Shown here piece by piece: positions 1 to 8,620 of a stretch of 64,000 nucleotides of DNA. The notes beneath the pieces were generated by a model. It was not told where the DNA came from. It worked only from the letters and a program-made list of their open reading frames with translations, and made no database searches. Each line of letters starts with the position of its first letter. The stretch's first letter is position 1. The stretch lies in the IMG/VR virus record IMGVR_UViG_3300025707_000484. The stretch is one strand, 5' to 3'. This stretch comes from a virus (lineage: Duplodnaviria; Caudoviricetes). Both the position numbers and the translations under genes were made by a program.

Positions 1-118
1 CATGTTTGGTCCAATTTAAATCAGAATTCAATATATCTAAAATTTCATTCAATAAATCTGCTGGAAGAAAATCTGTTAATTCATCTAAACCATTATATAC
101 ATTACGTACGGTACTCAC
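1..118 (-). CDS. Partial hypothetical protein (N-terminus only; runs off the window)
   Basis: GGAGG RBS then GTG at 118; frame MSTVRNVYNGLDELTDFLPADLLNEILDILNSDLNWTKH is open to position 1. Confidence 0.6.
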   Translation of the reverse strand, partial: MSTVRNVYNGLDELTDFLPADLLNEILDILNSDLNWTKH

Positions 119-242
119 AACTCGTCCTCCAATATTAATATGGTATTCGATTGTGATTAATGTATAGCTATGTTGCTGCCATGTCAATATTTAACGTAAT
201 ATTGCTATAAGTTATCCACTATTATAAATATAACTTTACAGG

Positions 243-824
243 TTGCTTCCTATATTGAATAATTTTTTTATAGACCCTGACATTTGCTTTGATGTAAGTA
301 AATTACAGGATGCATTGCGTAAGGTTGACTCACGAGTCGCAAGACAATCTCCTCTTGGCAAGAGAGATATCAATGCTATTTGTCTAACACAAATTCCTGG
401 TGATCCAAACTCTATTACAGGCGGTAATATAAGAGGACTATTTTGGACACGCCCTGACAGCACAGGAAAAGAAGTCCAACGAGAAAATCCAATAGACGAA
501 TCTCAATATACTGAGTTTGTTAAACTATTTGAAGATACTTACTTTAAAGAAGTGTATGACACACTTATTCCCAAGTATAATTTGGGCAGGGTAAGACTAC
601 TTTGGAAAATGCCACGCACAACATTGAGTTGGCACAGAGATCCTGAACGCAGATTACATATACCTATTATAACTAACCCAGGCGCACTAATGATTATTGA
701 TGATGAAGTGAAACATATGCCCGCAGATGGCAAAGTATGGGTTACTGACAACACAAAGTATCATAATGCGTTTAATGGCGGGGAAGTGGATCGTGTTCAT
801 TTGGTGGCGACAGTTATAGAATGA
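243..824 (+). CDS. Aspartyl/asparaginyl beta-hydroxylase-like 2OG-Fe(II) oxygenase
   Basis: HxD motif (SWHRD), RLHIPI, distal H and R (HNAFNGGEVDRVHLV). Confidence 0.8.
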   Translation: MLPILNNFFIDPDICFDVSKLQDALRKVDSRVARQSPLGKRDINAICLTQIPGDPNSITGGNIRGLFWTRPDSTGKEVQRENPIDESQYTEFVKLFEDTYFKEVYDTLIPKYNLGRVRLLWKMPRTTLSWHRDPERRLHIPIITNPGALMIIDDEVKHMPADGKVWVTDNTKYHNAFNGGEVDRVHLVATVIE

Positions 825-850
825 AAAAGGGCCCGAAGGCCCTTTTAAAA
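825..850. terminator. Bidirectional intrinsic terminator
   Basis: AAAAGGGCC-CGAA-GGCCCTTTT hairpin between convergent transcription units. Confidence 0.85.
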
Positions 851-1029
851 AAGCAATTGGGTAACAAGGCGTGCTTTACGCCCCGGAATACGAGCCGTAT
901 TATGCGGCTAAAGCGTACTCGAAATAGCTGTCATTTGCAGTTATTTTAATTTGCTGTTTTTTAACATGGAACTGCTCCCATGTGTCGTCAGTATATCGTC
1001 CTCACCCTGTCGAAGCCAATGTCACCCCC
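850..1029 (-). ncRNA. ssrA: Two-piece tmRNA, coding piece (tag (A)ANDSYFEYALAA at 900-938)
   Basis: Starts GGGGGTGACATTGGCTTCGACAGG; resume context ATAACT-GCAAATGAC; tag ends YALAA-stop; 3' boundary approximate. Confidence 0.92.
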
Positions 1030-1030
1030 G

Positions 1031-1174
1031 TCAAAAAAAGATTAAGTATATAATACCACCAATAATAATAATGTCGGCACAGATACTCCATGCGACATAT
1101 ATTTTAAACATATATTCTATAAATTTCCTTGCAGGTCTAGGTAATGTTTTTATTTTGTTCCGGAGGAATCGCAT
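1031..1174 (-). CDS. 47-aa membrane peptide encoded in the tmRNA intervening segment
   Basis: AGGAGG 8 nt before ATG; MRFLRNKIKTLPRPARKFIEYMFKIYVAWSICADIIIIGGIIYLIFF; basic N-terminus and C-terminal hydrophobic helix. Confidence 0.7.
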   Translation of the reverse strand: MRFLRNKIKTLPRPARKFIEYMFKIYVAWSICADIIIIGGIIYLIFF

Positions 1175-1218
1175 CGTTGCTTCCTCCTACATTATTATTG
1201 ATCATTTTAATCTCCTTT

Positions 1219-1282
1219 TGGTGGAGGTGGCGGGGATCGAACCCGCGTCCAGAATGCATATTGTCTACATCATACGACAATA
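1219..1282 (-). ncRNA. ssrA: Two-piece tmRNA, acceptor piece
   Basis: GGACGCGGGTTCGATCCCCGCCACCTCCACCA (T-arm, 3' acceptor strand, CCA); pairs with GGGGGTG including G3:U70; CATTCTG and TGTCGT pair with CAGGGTG and ACGACA of the coding piece; 5' boundary approximate. Confidence 0.92.
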
Positions 1283-1284
1283 AG

Positions 1285-1455
1285 TTACTTACTTATTTTC
1301 TTTTCTTCATATAAAACATGTTTGCGTACAACTGGGTCATACTTTTTTAATTTAAGTTTATCTATACTTTTTCGCTTATTGATAGTTGTAGTATAATAAT
1401 GCCCAGTGCCAGCAGTTGATACTAATTTAATAATTGTAACATTTTTACTTGCCAT
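1285..1455 (-). CDS. rpmG: Ribosomal protein bL33 (Cys-free type), 56 aa, not in the ORF track
   Basis: [56 protein letters not shown] has the L33 signatures IKLVS-AGTGH-YTT and [11 protein letters not shown]. Confidence 0.95.
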   Translation of the reverse strand: MASKNVTIIKLVSTAGTGHYYTTTINKRKSIDKLKLKKYDPVVRKHVLYEEKKISK

Positions 1456-1802
1456 TACCACGCATCCTTAAATTCTTGTTTAATAAAATTATCATTTTCT
1501 ATAACATGTTCTGTTACTTCTTTATCACCATAAGATATATTTTGTGGTGGTACATCTACAGAACTTCCTGTAGTATAAAACCTTGATGCTGTTTGTACAT
1601 CATCAAAACTTTGCGACTTTTGTCCCATTGCTTTATCAAAGATGTCTTTATAGTCATTATAAATGGCCATATAGCCAGGATAACCATCACACCAGCCTTC
1701 TTTTACTTCATCTGTGACAAACTTAACATACTCTGATGCTAAAGTCAAGTCACCGTTTGCTAACTTAAGGCATTCTAATCTTATATGTGTTGTATCAATC
1801 AT
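1455..1802 (-). CDS. Hypothetical protein
   Basis: ORF track entry; likely start at ATG 1802; TAATG coupling to rpmG. Confidence 0.6.
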   Translation of the reverse strand: MIDTTHIRLECLKLANGDLTLASEYVKFVTDEVKEGWCDGYPGYMAIYNDYKDIFDKAMGQKSQSFDDVQTASRFYTTGSSVDVPPQNISYGDKEVTEHVIENDNFIKQEFKDAW

Positions 1803-1968
1803 TGTCGCCTTTAAATAGTGTCCATGCACCATAAATTATTGCGCCCCAAGCTGCCCACTTAACTAGTGGTGAAAATAAAAGGCATACTACACCAACAGCG
1901 ATTAACATACCGCCATCCCATGATGTTCTTTCTGCCCATCGTGCTTTTACAAAATCTAGTGGATTCAT
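1795..1968 (-). CDS. 57-aa two-TM membrane protein, not in the ORF track
   Basis: AGGAG RBS; [57 protein letters not shown]. Confidence 0.75.
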   Translation of the reverse strand: MNPLDFVKARWAERTSWDGGMLIAVGVVCLLFSPLVKWAAWGAIIYGAWTLFKGDND

Positions 1969-2001
1969 ATTATTGTTCTCCTATGGGGTATTTATAAGAT
2001 A

Positions 2002-2313
2002 TCAATTATCTGCTTCTATTTTTACCTGTAATGGATAATTATTATTGCGTGATAAAACAGTAGTTTCAATACCTTTTTGTTCTGCTATTTCATACGGTAA
2101 TACTGCTACTATAGCAAACCCTTCTTGATGTATTTTATGTGTCAGTTCTTCTGCTTCAGTTAAAGAATGATTAAAAATAGACATTAAGCAATTCATTACA
2201 AAATCCATTGGGGTAACATCATCATTTAAAAATACAACCTTATATAAAGATGGTTCTTTTAAATCTAGATTTTCTTCTATTTTAGTTAATGTATCTGTTC
2301 CTGTATCTGACAT
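2002..2313 (-). CDS. clpS: ATP-dependent Clp protease adaptor ClpS
   Basis: PSLYKVVFLNDDVTPMDFV...IH..G...YEIAEQK...YPL motifs. Confidence 0.95.
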   Translation of the reverse strand: MSDTGTDTLTKIEENLDLKEPSLYKVVFLNDDVTPMDFVMNCLMSIFNHSLTEAEELTHKIHQEGFAIVAVLPYEIAEQKGIETTVLSRNNNYPLQVKIEADN

Positions 2314-2942
2314 TAGTTTTCCTCGTAGGATTTTTTTGGTCCTTCAGTCAAATCTCGTAAACGATATGAAATAAATTCACCAGGATTACGCTGACCTGAA
2401 CGACCTTTTTGCTTAGGACCTTTCTTCCATTCCAAAACCATTGGATTGCCTTGTTGCCGTGCTTTCTTTGCTTCTTTTAATTTCTTTTGTAATTCTTTAG
2501 TAAATGGTAATTTATATAATCGAGTATCTGTTTTACCTAAGTGTTTAACCCACAATTCAATAACCTTGCCCTGTCTTGTACCATCCATTATAATTACTTT
2601 TCCAACAGGAATCACAGGATAAGCATATCCTAAAATATCATTTAACTTATCCATTGTACTATATAATAGGAAAAAAAGCAAGGGAATTGTTAAGAATTTG
2701 ATGTAAAGTTTCGCAGGAGTTTGAATTAATATATAACTAACAAGAACAATTAACAGAACCGCAGTAATAAACTCGATATTAAATGCATATAGTATGTCAT
2801 ACCAAGCACTCCATTCAAGTTTCTCGTCACCTGCTACTGCGGAAAAATCTATTGCTTTTTCTTGTGCTGTTGCCATAATATTTGCCTCTGCATTGTTTTG
2901 TTGATCATTTACGGATTGGGATATGTTTTGCTCATCAACCAT
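2313..2942 (-). CDS. Membrane protein, third gene of the ExbB/MotA-like module
   Basis: Two hydrophobic helices then a soluble basic domain; overlaps both neighbours. Confidence 0.7.
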   Translation of the reverse strand: MVDEQNISQSVNDQQNNAEANIMATAQEKAIDFSAVAGDEKLEWSAWYDILYAFNIEFITAVLLIVLVSYILIQTPAKLYIKFLTIPLLFFLLYSTMDKLNDILGYAYPVIPVGKVIIMDGTRQGKVIELWVKHLGKTDTRLYKLPFTKELQKKLKEAKKARQQGNPMVLEWKKGPKQKGRSGQRNPGEFISYRLRDLTEGPKKSYEEN

Positions 2943-3766
2943 TAATATCCCCACAAATGTAAAAATTCGTCTTTAATACCACCAAAGTTACCTATACCAT
3001 CTGGTGTCACGCCAGGACCTAGCGATTGACTACCTTGTTCACGCTCAACTAAATTTCCATCCGGGCCTTCATGATATGTTGATTGCCATCTATGGTCATA
3101 TATAAACGGAGTCATATATGTAGTAACATCTTTTATATAGTAAACTTTTTCTTCGGTTATTTCTCCACCCTTACGTTGAGTGTATGTTTCTTCTTCTACT
3201 GTAAAATTAAATGCTGTCTTTTCTTGTCCTGGTTTTATTAAATTAAATTTAATAAGACCTTTTTGCTTAAATGGATTAACCCTAATTAATTCTACAGTAA
3301 CAGGTACAGTTAATTCTTCAGGCGCGGCGTCAGATTCTGAACCTTGCCTATATGCATAATAATGAATATTAACATTCCATTCGCCAGCAATAAAACCACG
3401 TATTGTAACAATCTCTTGGTTCATTTCACTTGTTACTCGGCGGCCGTCGGACAATGTAATAGTATCATTACTAGTACCCAAGTCATCCCTGTCTAAATGC
3501 ATTAACCCTCTATCTCTACCTCTAAAACTAATAACTTCTCCCAATGGGTCTCTAACCCACATATCAATATCTTTAGATGACCCTTCTGGCCAAGTTAATA
3601 TAATTAATATTTCTGCCTTAGGATCTATCTTTTTATCAGTTGGAACTGGTGGGGCAATTAACAAAAAAGCAATTACGAACAGAAATACAAAACCGATTAA
3701 AGTATTAAACAATAAATCAGTAAATCCTAGTCCTGATAGATATCTGTTACGCTTTCCTGTGGTCAT
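2942..3766 (-). CDS. ExbD/MotB-like single-pass membrane protein with YfaP-like beta-sandwich domain
   Basis: N-terminal TM helix with Asp (FTDLLFNTLIGFVFLF); LTWP..DIDMWVRDP..DRDD. Confidence 0.65.
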   Translation of the reverse strand: MTTGKRNRYLSGLGFTDLLFNTLIGFVFLFVIAFLLIAPPVPTDKKIDPKAEILIILTWPEGSSKDIDMWVRDPLGEVISFRGRDRGLMHLDRDDLGTSNDTITLSDGRRVTSEMNQEIVTIRGFIAGEWNVNIHYYAYRQGSESDAAPEELTVPVTVELIRVNPFKQKGLIKFNLIKPGQEKTAFNFTVEEETYTQRKGGEITEEKVYYIKDVTTYMTPFIYDHRWQSTYHEGPDGNLVEREQGSQSLGPGVTPDGIGNFGGIKDEFLHLWGY

Positions 3767-4217
3767 ATTCTAAGTTCATCAATTGTAATTTGGTAATAAT
3801 TGAGCACACAAGGCCTACTAACGTAGTTGTTAACGCGGTACTCATGCCCGCGGCCATGTCTCGTATAACTTCTTTGGCTTGTCCTATATTAGATAAATCT
3901 AAGTCGGCAAAGGCGCCGCCTAGCATTATAATAAAACCCGTTACTGTACCAATTAATCCCAAAGTTATCATTGATTCAGCAAAGAACCATGATACTTCTA
4001 TTGTGCGGAAATTTAATGGTCGGTGTTTATAGAGTTTGTATGATTGATGTCCTAAATGGGCAGTTAAACCATAAAACAGTATTAATATACCGAAGCTTAT
4101 CTTGGTTTGGTCTAAATGCCATAAGGCGGTCCACATGTCAAAATAATGTATTACTGCCGACGCGGCAAGTACAGCACATGTTATTAACCACCAGTTGAGA
4201 AAGCAATTTGATCGCAT
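3747..4217 (-). CDS. MotA/TolQ/ExbB proton-channel family protein
   Basis: LGLIGTVTGFI and AGMSTALTTTLVGL helices. Confidence 0.85.
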   Translation of the reverse strand: MRSNCFLNWWLITCAVLAASAVIHYFDMWTALWHLDQTKISFGILILFYGLTAHLGHQSYKLYKHRPLNFRTIEVSWFFAESMITLGLIGTVTGFIIMLGGAFADLDLSNIGQAKEVIRDMAAGMSTALTTTLVGLVCSIITKLQLMNLEYDHRKA

Positions 4218-4279
4218 TCGTCGCTCCTAATCCGTCGTAGTATTTAGTTATCTTGACTACGATTCATAAATATGATATA

Positions 4280-5344
4280 ATGAACGATAAAAAGTTTTTT
4301 TGTATAGAACCATATGTAGGTTTATCAATAATTGTTCCCGACCATGCATTTTGCTGTTGTTTACATGAAGGGGAAAAAATAACCAATACTGAAAATATTT
4401 GGCAAGATCCATACTTACTAGATATTAGAAATAAATTTACAAATAATATAATACCTGAAGAATGTAAGCCGTGTGTTGAGCAAGAGAAACACACTGATGG
4501 GCGTTCTAGCAGACGTTTAGACTCTAATAAAAATTGGGAAAACCATGTAGGGAAATTTGAAGATTATCTTGATAATGACGCTCCTTATAAATTAGATTTT
4601 TGGACTGGAAATATTTGTAATCTAGCATGTGCTACTTGTGCGGCTGATGATAGTTCTCTTTGGGGCACATTACAAAAGAGAAAACCCAACACTACAGTCT
4701 TTCATCGAGGCAGAAACCCCAATGATTTTGTATACAAAAAAGAAAATGTGCCAAATATAAATTATAAAAATTTACGCACAATACATTTTAATGGTGGTGA
4801 ACCATTTCTTACTAACGCACATTTAAAAGTTTTAGATCGAATACCTGAACATCAACGAGCAAATGTACACGTACAATATAATACAAATGGTACAGTACCA
4901 ATAGATATTAATGATGAAAAATATCAAATTTTTAAACAATTTTTATCAGTAGATTTATGCTATAGTTTAGATGGTATAAACGAAACTTTTGAATATACTC
5001 GTTGGCCGGCAAAATGGGATGAGGTAAGAAATAATATAGACTTTTGGGTTGATCAATTACATACTAGCAATAATGAATCATGGCATTTAGAAATAAGCTT
5101 TAATATAGTAAAATCAGTGTATAATTATGATAAAATAGATGAAACTATAAACTATATTGATAACAGATGGTGTGTTCCTATTAACGAAAAGAGAAAAGAT
5201 CATCCAGAATATCATCCTATACCAATACACCTAACTAATGATCACGCTATGCTAGATTATACAGATGAAGATTTTGCAAATTATAAACTAACAAGTAGAT
5301 ATAATAGTGAAATAACACAAATAAGAAATTTTAGAAAACGATAA
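4280..5344 (+). CDS. Radical SAM protein (Twitch/SPASM-like)
   Basis: CNLACATC, GGEPF and YNTNGT motifs; Cys-rich N-terminus; start uncertain. Confidence 0.85.
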   Translation: MNDKKFFCIEPYVGLSIIVPDHAFCCCLHEGEKITNTENIWQDPYLLDIRNKFTNNIIPEECKPCVEQEKHTDGRSSRRLDSNKNWENHVGKFEDYLDNDAPYKLDFWTGNICNLACATCAADDSSLWGTLQKRKPNTTVFHRGRNPNDFVYKKENVPNINYKNLRTIHFNGGEPFLTNAHLKVLDRIPEHQRANVHVQYNTNGTVPIDINDEKYQIFKQFLSVDLCYSLDGINETFEYTRWPAKWDEVRNNIDFWVDQLHTSNNESWHLEISFNIVKSVYNYDKIDETINYIDNRWCVPINEKRKDHPEYHPIPIHLTNDHAMLDYTDEDFANYKLTSRYNSEITQIRNFRKR

Positions 5345-5361
5345 CCCTGCCGTGTGAAGAT

Positions 5362-5387
5362 AAAAAGGGGGCACAATGCCCCCTTTC
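5362..5387. terminator. Intrinsic terminator
   Basis: AAAGGGGGCA-CAA-TGCCCCTTT hairpin between convergent genes. Confidence 0.75.
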
Positions 5388-5408
5388 TACCTTTTGGGTT
5401 AGCGAAAC

Positions 5409-5840
5409 TTAGAACTTAATCTCGATCGTCTTAGGTTTCAGTGCTTCAGGCACTTCCTGTTTGAGGCCAATCTCTAACATTCCGTCCTTACATACTGCTG
5501 ATTCAACTTCAACAAATTCAGCAAGGTTCCAAGAGCGTGTAAAATCGCGTGTTGCGATGCCCTTGTGTAGCCAAGTTTGTTCTTGTGAATCCTCTTTGTG
5601 GGCAGAGACAGTTAATTGTCCATTGTCAACAGTTACTGAAAGATCACCCTGAGAAAACCCAGCAACGGCAATGGTAATTACATACTCAGTGTCGCTGATG
5701 CGTTCAATATTGTAGGGTGGGTAGGACGGTGCTTGGTGTGAAAAAAGCCTGTCCATATCGCCAAATAAGCGATCGAATCCGACCATATGTCGGTTAAGTG
5801 TGGGGATAAGATTTCCCGCAGTGATTCTATACTCAGTCAT
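5409..5840 (-). CDS. Small heat shock protein Hsp20 (IbpA-like)
   Basis: VGFDRLF, YPPYNIE, AVAGF, HKGIATRDF, DGMLEI; start at 5840 after AGGAGG. Confidence 0.95.
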   Translation of the reverse strand: MTEYRITAGNLIPTLNRHMVGFDRLFGDMDRLFSHQAPSYPPYNIERISDTEYVITIAVAGFSQGDLSVTVDNGQLTVSAHKEDSQEQTWLHKGIATRDFTRSWNLAEFVEVESAVCKDGMLEIGLKQEVPEALKPKTIEIKF

Positions 5841-5900
5841 TTTAAGTTCCTCCTTATGTAAAGCGAGTATTTGCATAATAGATCCCTTACGGCAATCTAT
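5841..5900 (-). promoter_or_regulatory. ROSE-like RNA thermometer of hsp20
   Basis: CTCGCTT-TACAT-AAGGAG hairpin sequesters the SD, with an upstream hairpin. Confidence 0.7.
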
Positions 5901-7780
5901 TTTGCGTTCTCAAATTCTGCATCAACAACATCCTCAGGAGTACTGCTGTTTTCCTGTGGCTGTTCTTCTTGATACATTTGCTCAGCAATTTTGTGACTTG
6001 CTTCCATCATTACATTAGTTTTACTTGTAATGTTTTCAGTATTATCACCTTTAACTGCTTCTTCTACATCTGTAACTGCTGTTTCAACTTCATACCGCAC
6101 AGTTGAATCAACTTTGTCACCTGCTTCTTCCAAAGTTTTCTGGACTGCATGAACCATTGCTTCTGCAGTGTTCCGTGCATCAACAAGTTCGCGCATTTTC
6201 TTGTCTTCGTCAGCATGTGTTTCAGCATCAAGTATTGCTTGCTGAACTTCTGCGTCAGATAAACCAGACCCTGCTTTAATTACGATCTTGTTTTCCTTAC
6301 CAGTTGCTTTGTCTTTAGCAGACACATTAAGTATACCATTAGCATCAATGTCAAAGGACACTTCAACTTGTGGCATACCTCTTGGTGCTGGTGGAATACC
6401 AGTTAAATCAAACCTACCTAATGACTTATTACCACTAGCCATTTCTCGTTCACCTTGTAACACGTGAACTGTTACAGCAGTTTGATTATTCTCCGCAGTA
6501 GAGAACACCTGGCTCGCACTAGTTGGAATTGTAGCATTTTTGTCTACTAATTTTGTCATTACGCCACCCAACGTCTCTATACCTAGAGACAAAGGCGTAA
6601 CATCTAACAACAAAACATCCTTTACTGTGCCGCCGAGCACACCGCCCTGAATAGCTGCACCTACTGCTACTGCTTCATCAGGATTAACATCTTTACGTGG
6701 CTCTTTTCCAAAGAACTTGGAAACTGTTTCTTGAACTTTAGGCATACGAGTCTGCCCGCCAACAAAAATAACTTCATCAATTTCTGAAGTTGAGAGTCCT
6801 GCATCTTTAAGTGCTACCTTACACGGCTCAATAGTCTTTTTAACAAGATCATCAACTAGAGATTCTAGTTTTGCGCGAGTAAGTTTAAGCGTCAAATGCT
6901 TTGGACCACTTTGGTCAGCAGTCAAGTATGGCAGATTAACATCCGTCTGCTTGTTTGTGGACAATTCAATCTTCGTTTTTTCTGCCGCTTCCTTAATGCG
7001 TTGCATAGCAAGGGCATCACCACGTAGATCCATGCCTTGTTCTTTTTCAAAAACATCAGCAAGATGGTCCATTATGCGACGGTCAAAGTCCTCACCGCCT
7101 AAGAACGTATCACCATTTGTTGCTAATACTTCAAATTGATGTTCACCATCAACGTCTGCAACTTCAATAACTGATACATCAAACGTACCACCACCCAGAT
7201 CATATACAATAATCTTCTGGTCGCCTCTTTGCTTGTCTAAACCATACGCAAGAGCGGCCGCCGTGGGTTCATTAATAATACGTTTAACATCTAAGCCAGC
7301 AATTTTCCCTGCGTCCTTTGTTGCTTGACGCTGAGAATCATTAAAATATGCTGGAACTGTAATAACGGCTTCAGTAACTGGACAACCTAAGTAGTCCTCC
7401 GCAGTCTTTTTCATCTTCTGTAAGATGCGAGCACACATTTCTTGTGGTGCTACTGTTTTACCGTTTACTTCAACCCAAGCATCACCATTGTCTGCCTTAA
7501 CAATCTTATACGGCATTAAATCCAAGTCGCGTTGAACGACATCTTCATCAAACTTCCGTCCAATAAGACGTTTTAATGCAAACAGGGTGTTGTGTGGGTT
7601 TGTTACCGCCTGTCGTTTTGCTGATTGACCAACAACAACTTCATCGTTATCAGTAAACGCAACTATACTAGGGGTAGTTCTGTCGCCTTCGTTGTTTTCA
7701 ATGACTTTTGCGATACCACCGTCTATAACGGCGACACACGAATTCGTGGTACCTAAGTCAATACCTATGATAGTGCTCAT
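5897..7780 (-). CDS. dnaK: Chaperone DnaK (Hsp70)
   Basis: [26 protein letters not shown] and C-terminal VVDAEFE. Confidence 0.98.
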   Translation of the reverse strand: MSTIIGIDLGTTNSCVAVIDGGIAKVIENNEGDRTTPSIVAFTDNDEVVVGQSAKRQAVTNPHNTLFALKRLIGRKFDEDVVQRDLDLMPYKIVKADNGDAWVEVNGKTVAPQEMCARILQKMKKTAEDYLGCPVTEAVITVPAYFNDSQRQATKDAGKIAGLDVKRIINEPTAAALAYGLDKQRGDQKIIVYDLGGGTFDVSVIEVADVDGEHQFEVLATNGDTFLGGEDFDRRIMDHLADVFEKEQGMDLRGDALAMQRIKEAAEKTKIELSTNKQTDVNLPYLTADQSGPKHLTLKLTRAKLESLVDDLVKKTIEPCKVALKDAGLSTSEIDEVIFVGGQTRMPKVQETVSKFFGKEPRKDVNPDEAVAVGAAIQGGVLGGTVKDVLLLDVTPLSLGIETLGGVMTKLVDKNATIPTSASQVFSTAENNQTAVTVHVLQGEREMASGNKSLGRFDLTGIPPAPRGMPQVEVSFDIDANGILNVSAKDKATGKENKIVIKAGSGLSDAEVQQAILDAETHADEDKKMRELVDARNTAEAMVHAVQKTLEEAGDKVDSTVRYEVETAVTDVEEAVKGDNTENITSKTNVMMEASHKIAEQMYQEEQPQENSSTPEDVVDAEFENAK

Positions 7781-7871
7781 ATATTTCTCCTTATATTAAG
7801 CGAGTAAGTTTATGAGCCTCACAATTAAGCACTCATATACATATTATAGCACTATTGCTATGATATGTCAA
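7781..7871 (-). promoter_or_regulatory. Consensus sigma70 promoter plus ROSE-like leader of dnaK
   Basis: TTGACA (7871-7866), 17-nt spacer, TATAAT (7848-7843); CTCGCTT-AATAT-AAGGAG at 7804-7787. Confidence 0.8.
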
Positions 7872-7898
7872 TGTATTTATGTGTGTAAATACTTGATT

Positions 7899-8225
7899 TT
7901 AATATTTTCTTTGTTTATGTATTGAATTTTCAGCAACTTCTTTAAGATGTCGCTTGCGAGCAATTGCTCTGGCTCGCTTTCTTACAATACTAGGTCTTTC
8001 ATAATGTTCACGAGCCTTTAGCTCTTGTAGTTTACCAGAGTTAGCAATTTTCTTTTTAAATTTGCGTAGAGCCTTATCTACTTCGCCATTTTGTACCCAA
8101 ACCTTAAGTCCAGAAACTCTTACTGGGCTAACTTTGTAATCTATTGGTTTTCTAAAATCTTTTGTATACTTCTTATCTTTATCGTTTTTCCAAACGGTAT
8201 TTCTATTATTCCATTCCCGTGCCAT
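7899..8225 (-). CDS. rpsU: Ribosomal protein bS21 with N-terminal extension
   Basis: V.V..GEVDKALRKFKKK...ELKAREHYERPS..RKR. Confidence 0.9.
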   Translation of the reverse strand: MAREWNNRNTVWKNDKDKKYTKDFRKPIDYKVSPVRVSGLKVWVQNGEVDKALRKFKKKIANSGKLQELKAREHYERPSIVRKRARAIARKRHLKEVAENSIHKQRKY

Positions 8226-8620
8226 TATTTCTCCAATTGTTTGATAGGCTCTATAATACTTTCTACTCTATTTGTGTTAAATAATCCCACTATTTTAGCA
8301 GTTTCATCATCACACACATAATAACAATTATTCTTACTTAATAACCAGCCATAGTATATTGAGTTTTTAGTATCCGCCTTTGCCCATTTAAGGTGTAATA
8401 CTATTATACTACATTTTTGAGATGTGTCAAGCATCCATTCTATATCACGCTCAGGAGTCATATCATTTATTGCTAAACAACATTCAGCATCTATATTATC
8501 AAGTACTAATATTAGTTCACTTTGCTCATCTTGAGAAAAACCTGATATTAATACATTTATGTCAGCACCGTAATATCTATCTGGTGGTGTTAGTATTGTT
8601 AATTTATCCGCCGAGGACAT
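8225..8620 (-). CDS. Hypothetical phage protein
   Basis: 131-aa ORF coupled to both neighbours. Confidence 0.65.
   Translation of the reverse strand: MSSADKLTILTPPDRYYGADINVLISGFSQDEQSELILVLDNIDAECCLAINDMTPERDIEWMLDTSQKCSIIVLHLKWAKADTKNSIYYGWLLSKNNCYYVCDDETAKIVGLFNTNRVESIIEPIKQLEK

Noticed and set aside
1219-1250. Stand-alone tRNA or attP-like tRNA 3' fragment
   Set aside because: It pairs with the downstream GGGGGTG and tag region as a permuted tmRNA, and there is no integrase nearby.
951-1283. 110-aa plus-strand ORF
   Set aside because: Antisense shadow of the tmRNA (VEVAGIEPAS is the reverse complement of the T-arm).
1285-8225. Bacterial chromosome origin of the dnaK/rpsU/rpmG/clpS region
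   Set aside because: The usual bacterial operon partners are missing, and the genes are interleaved with phage-type genes and TAAATA promoters.
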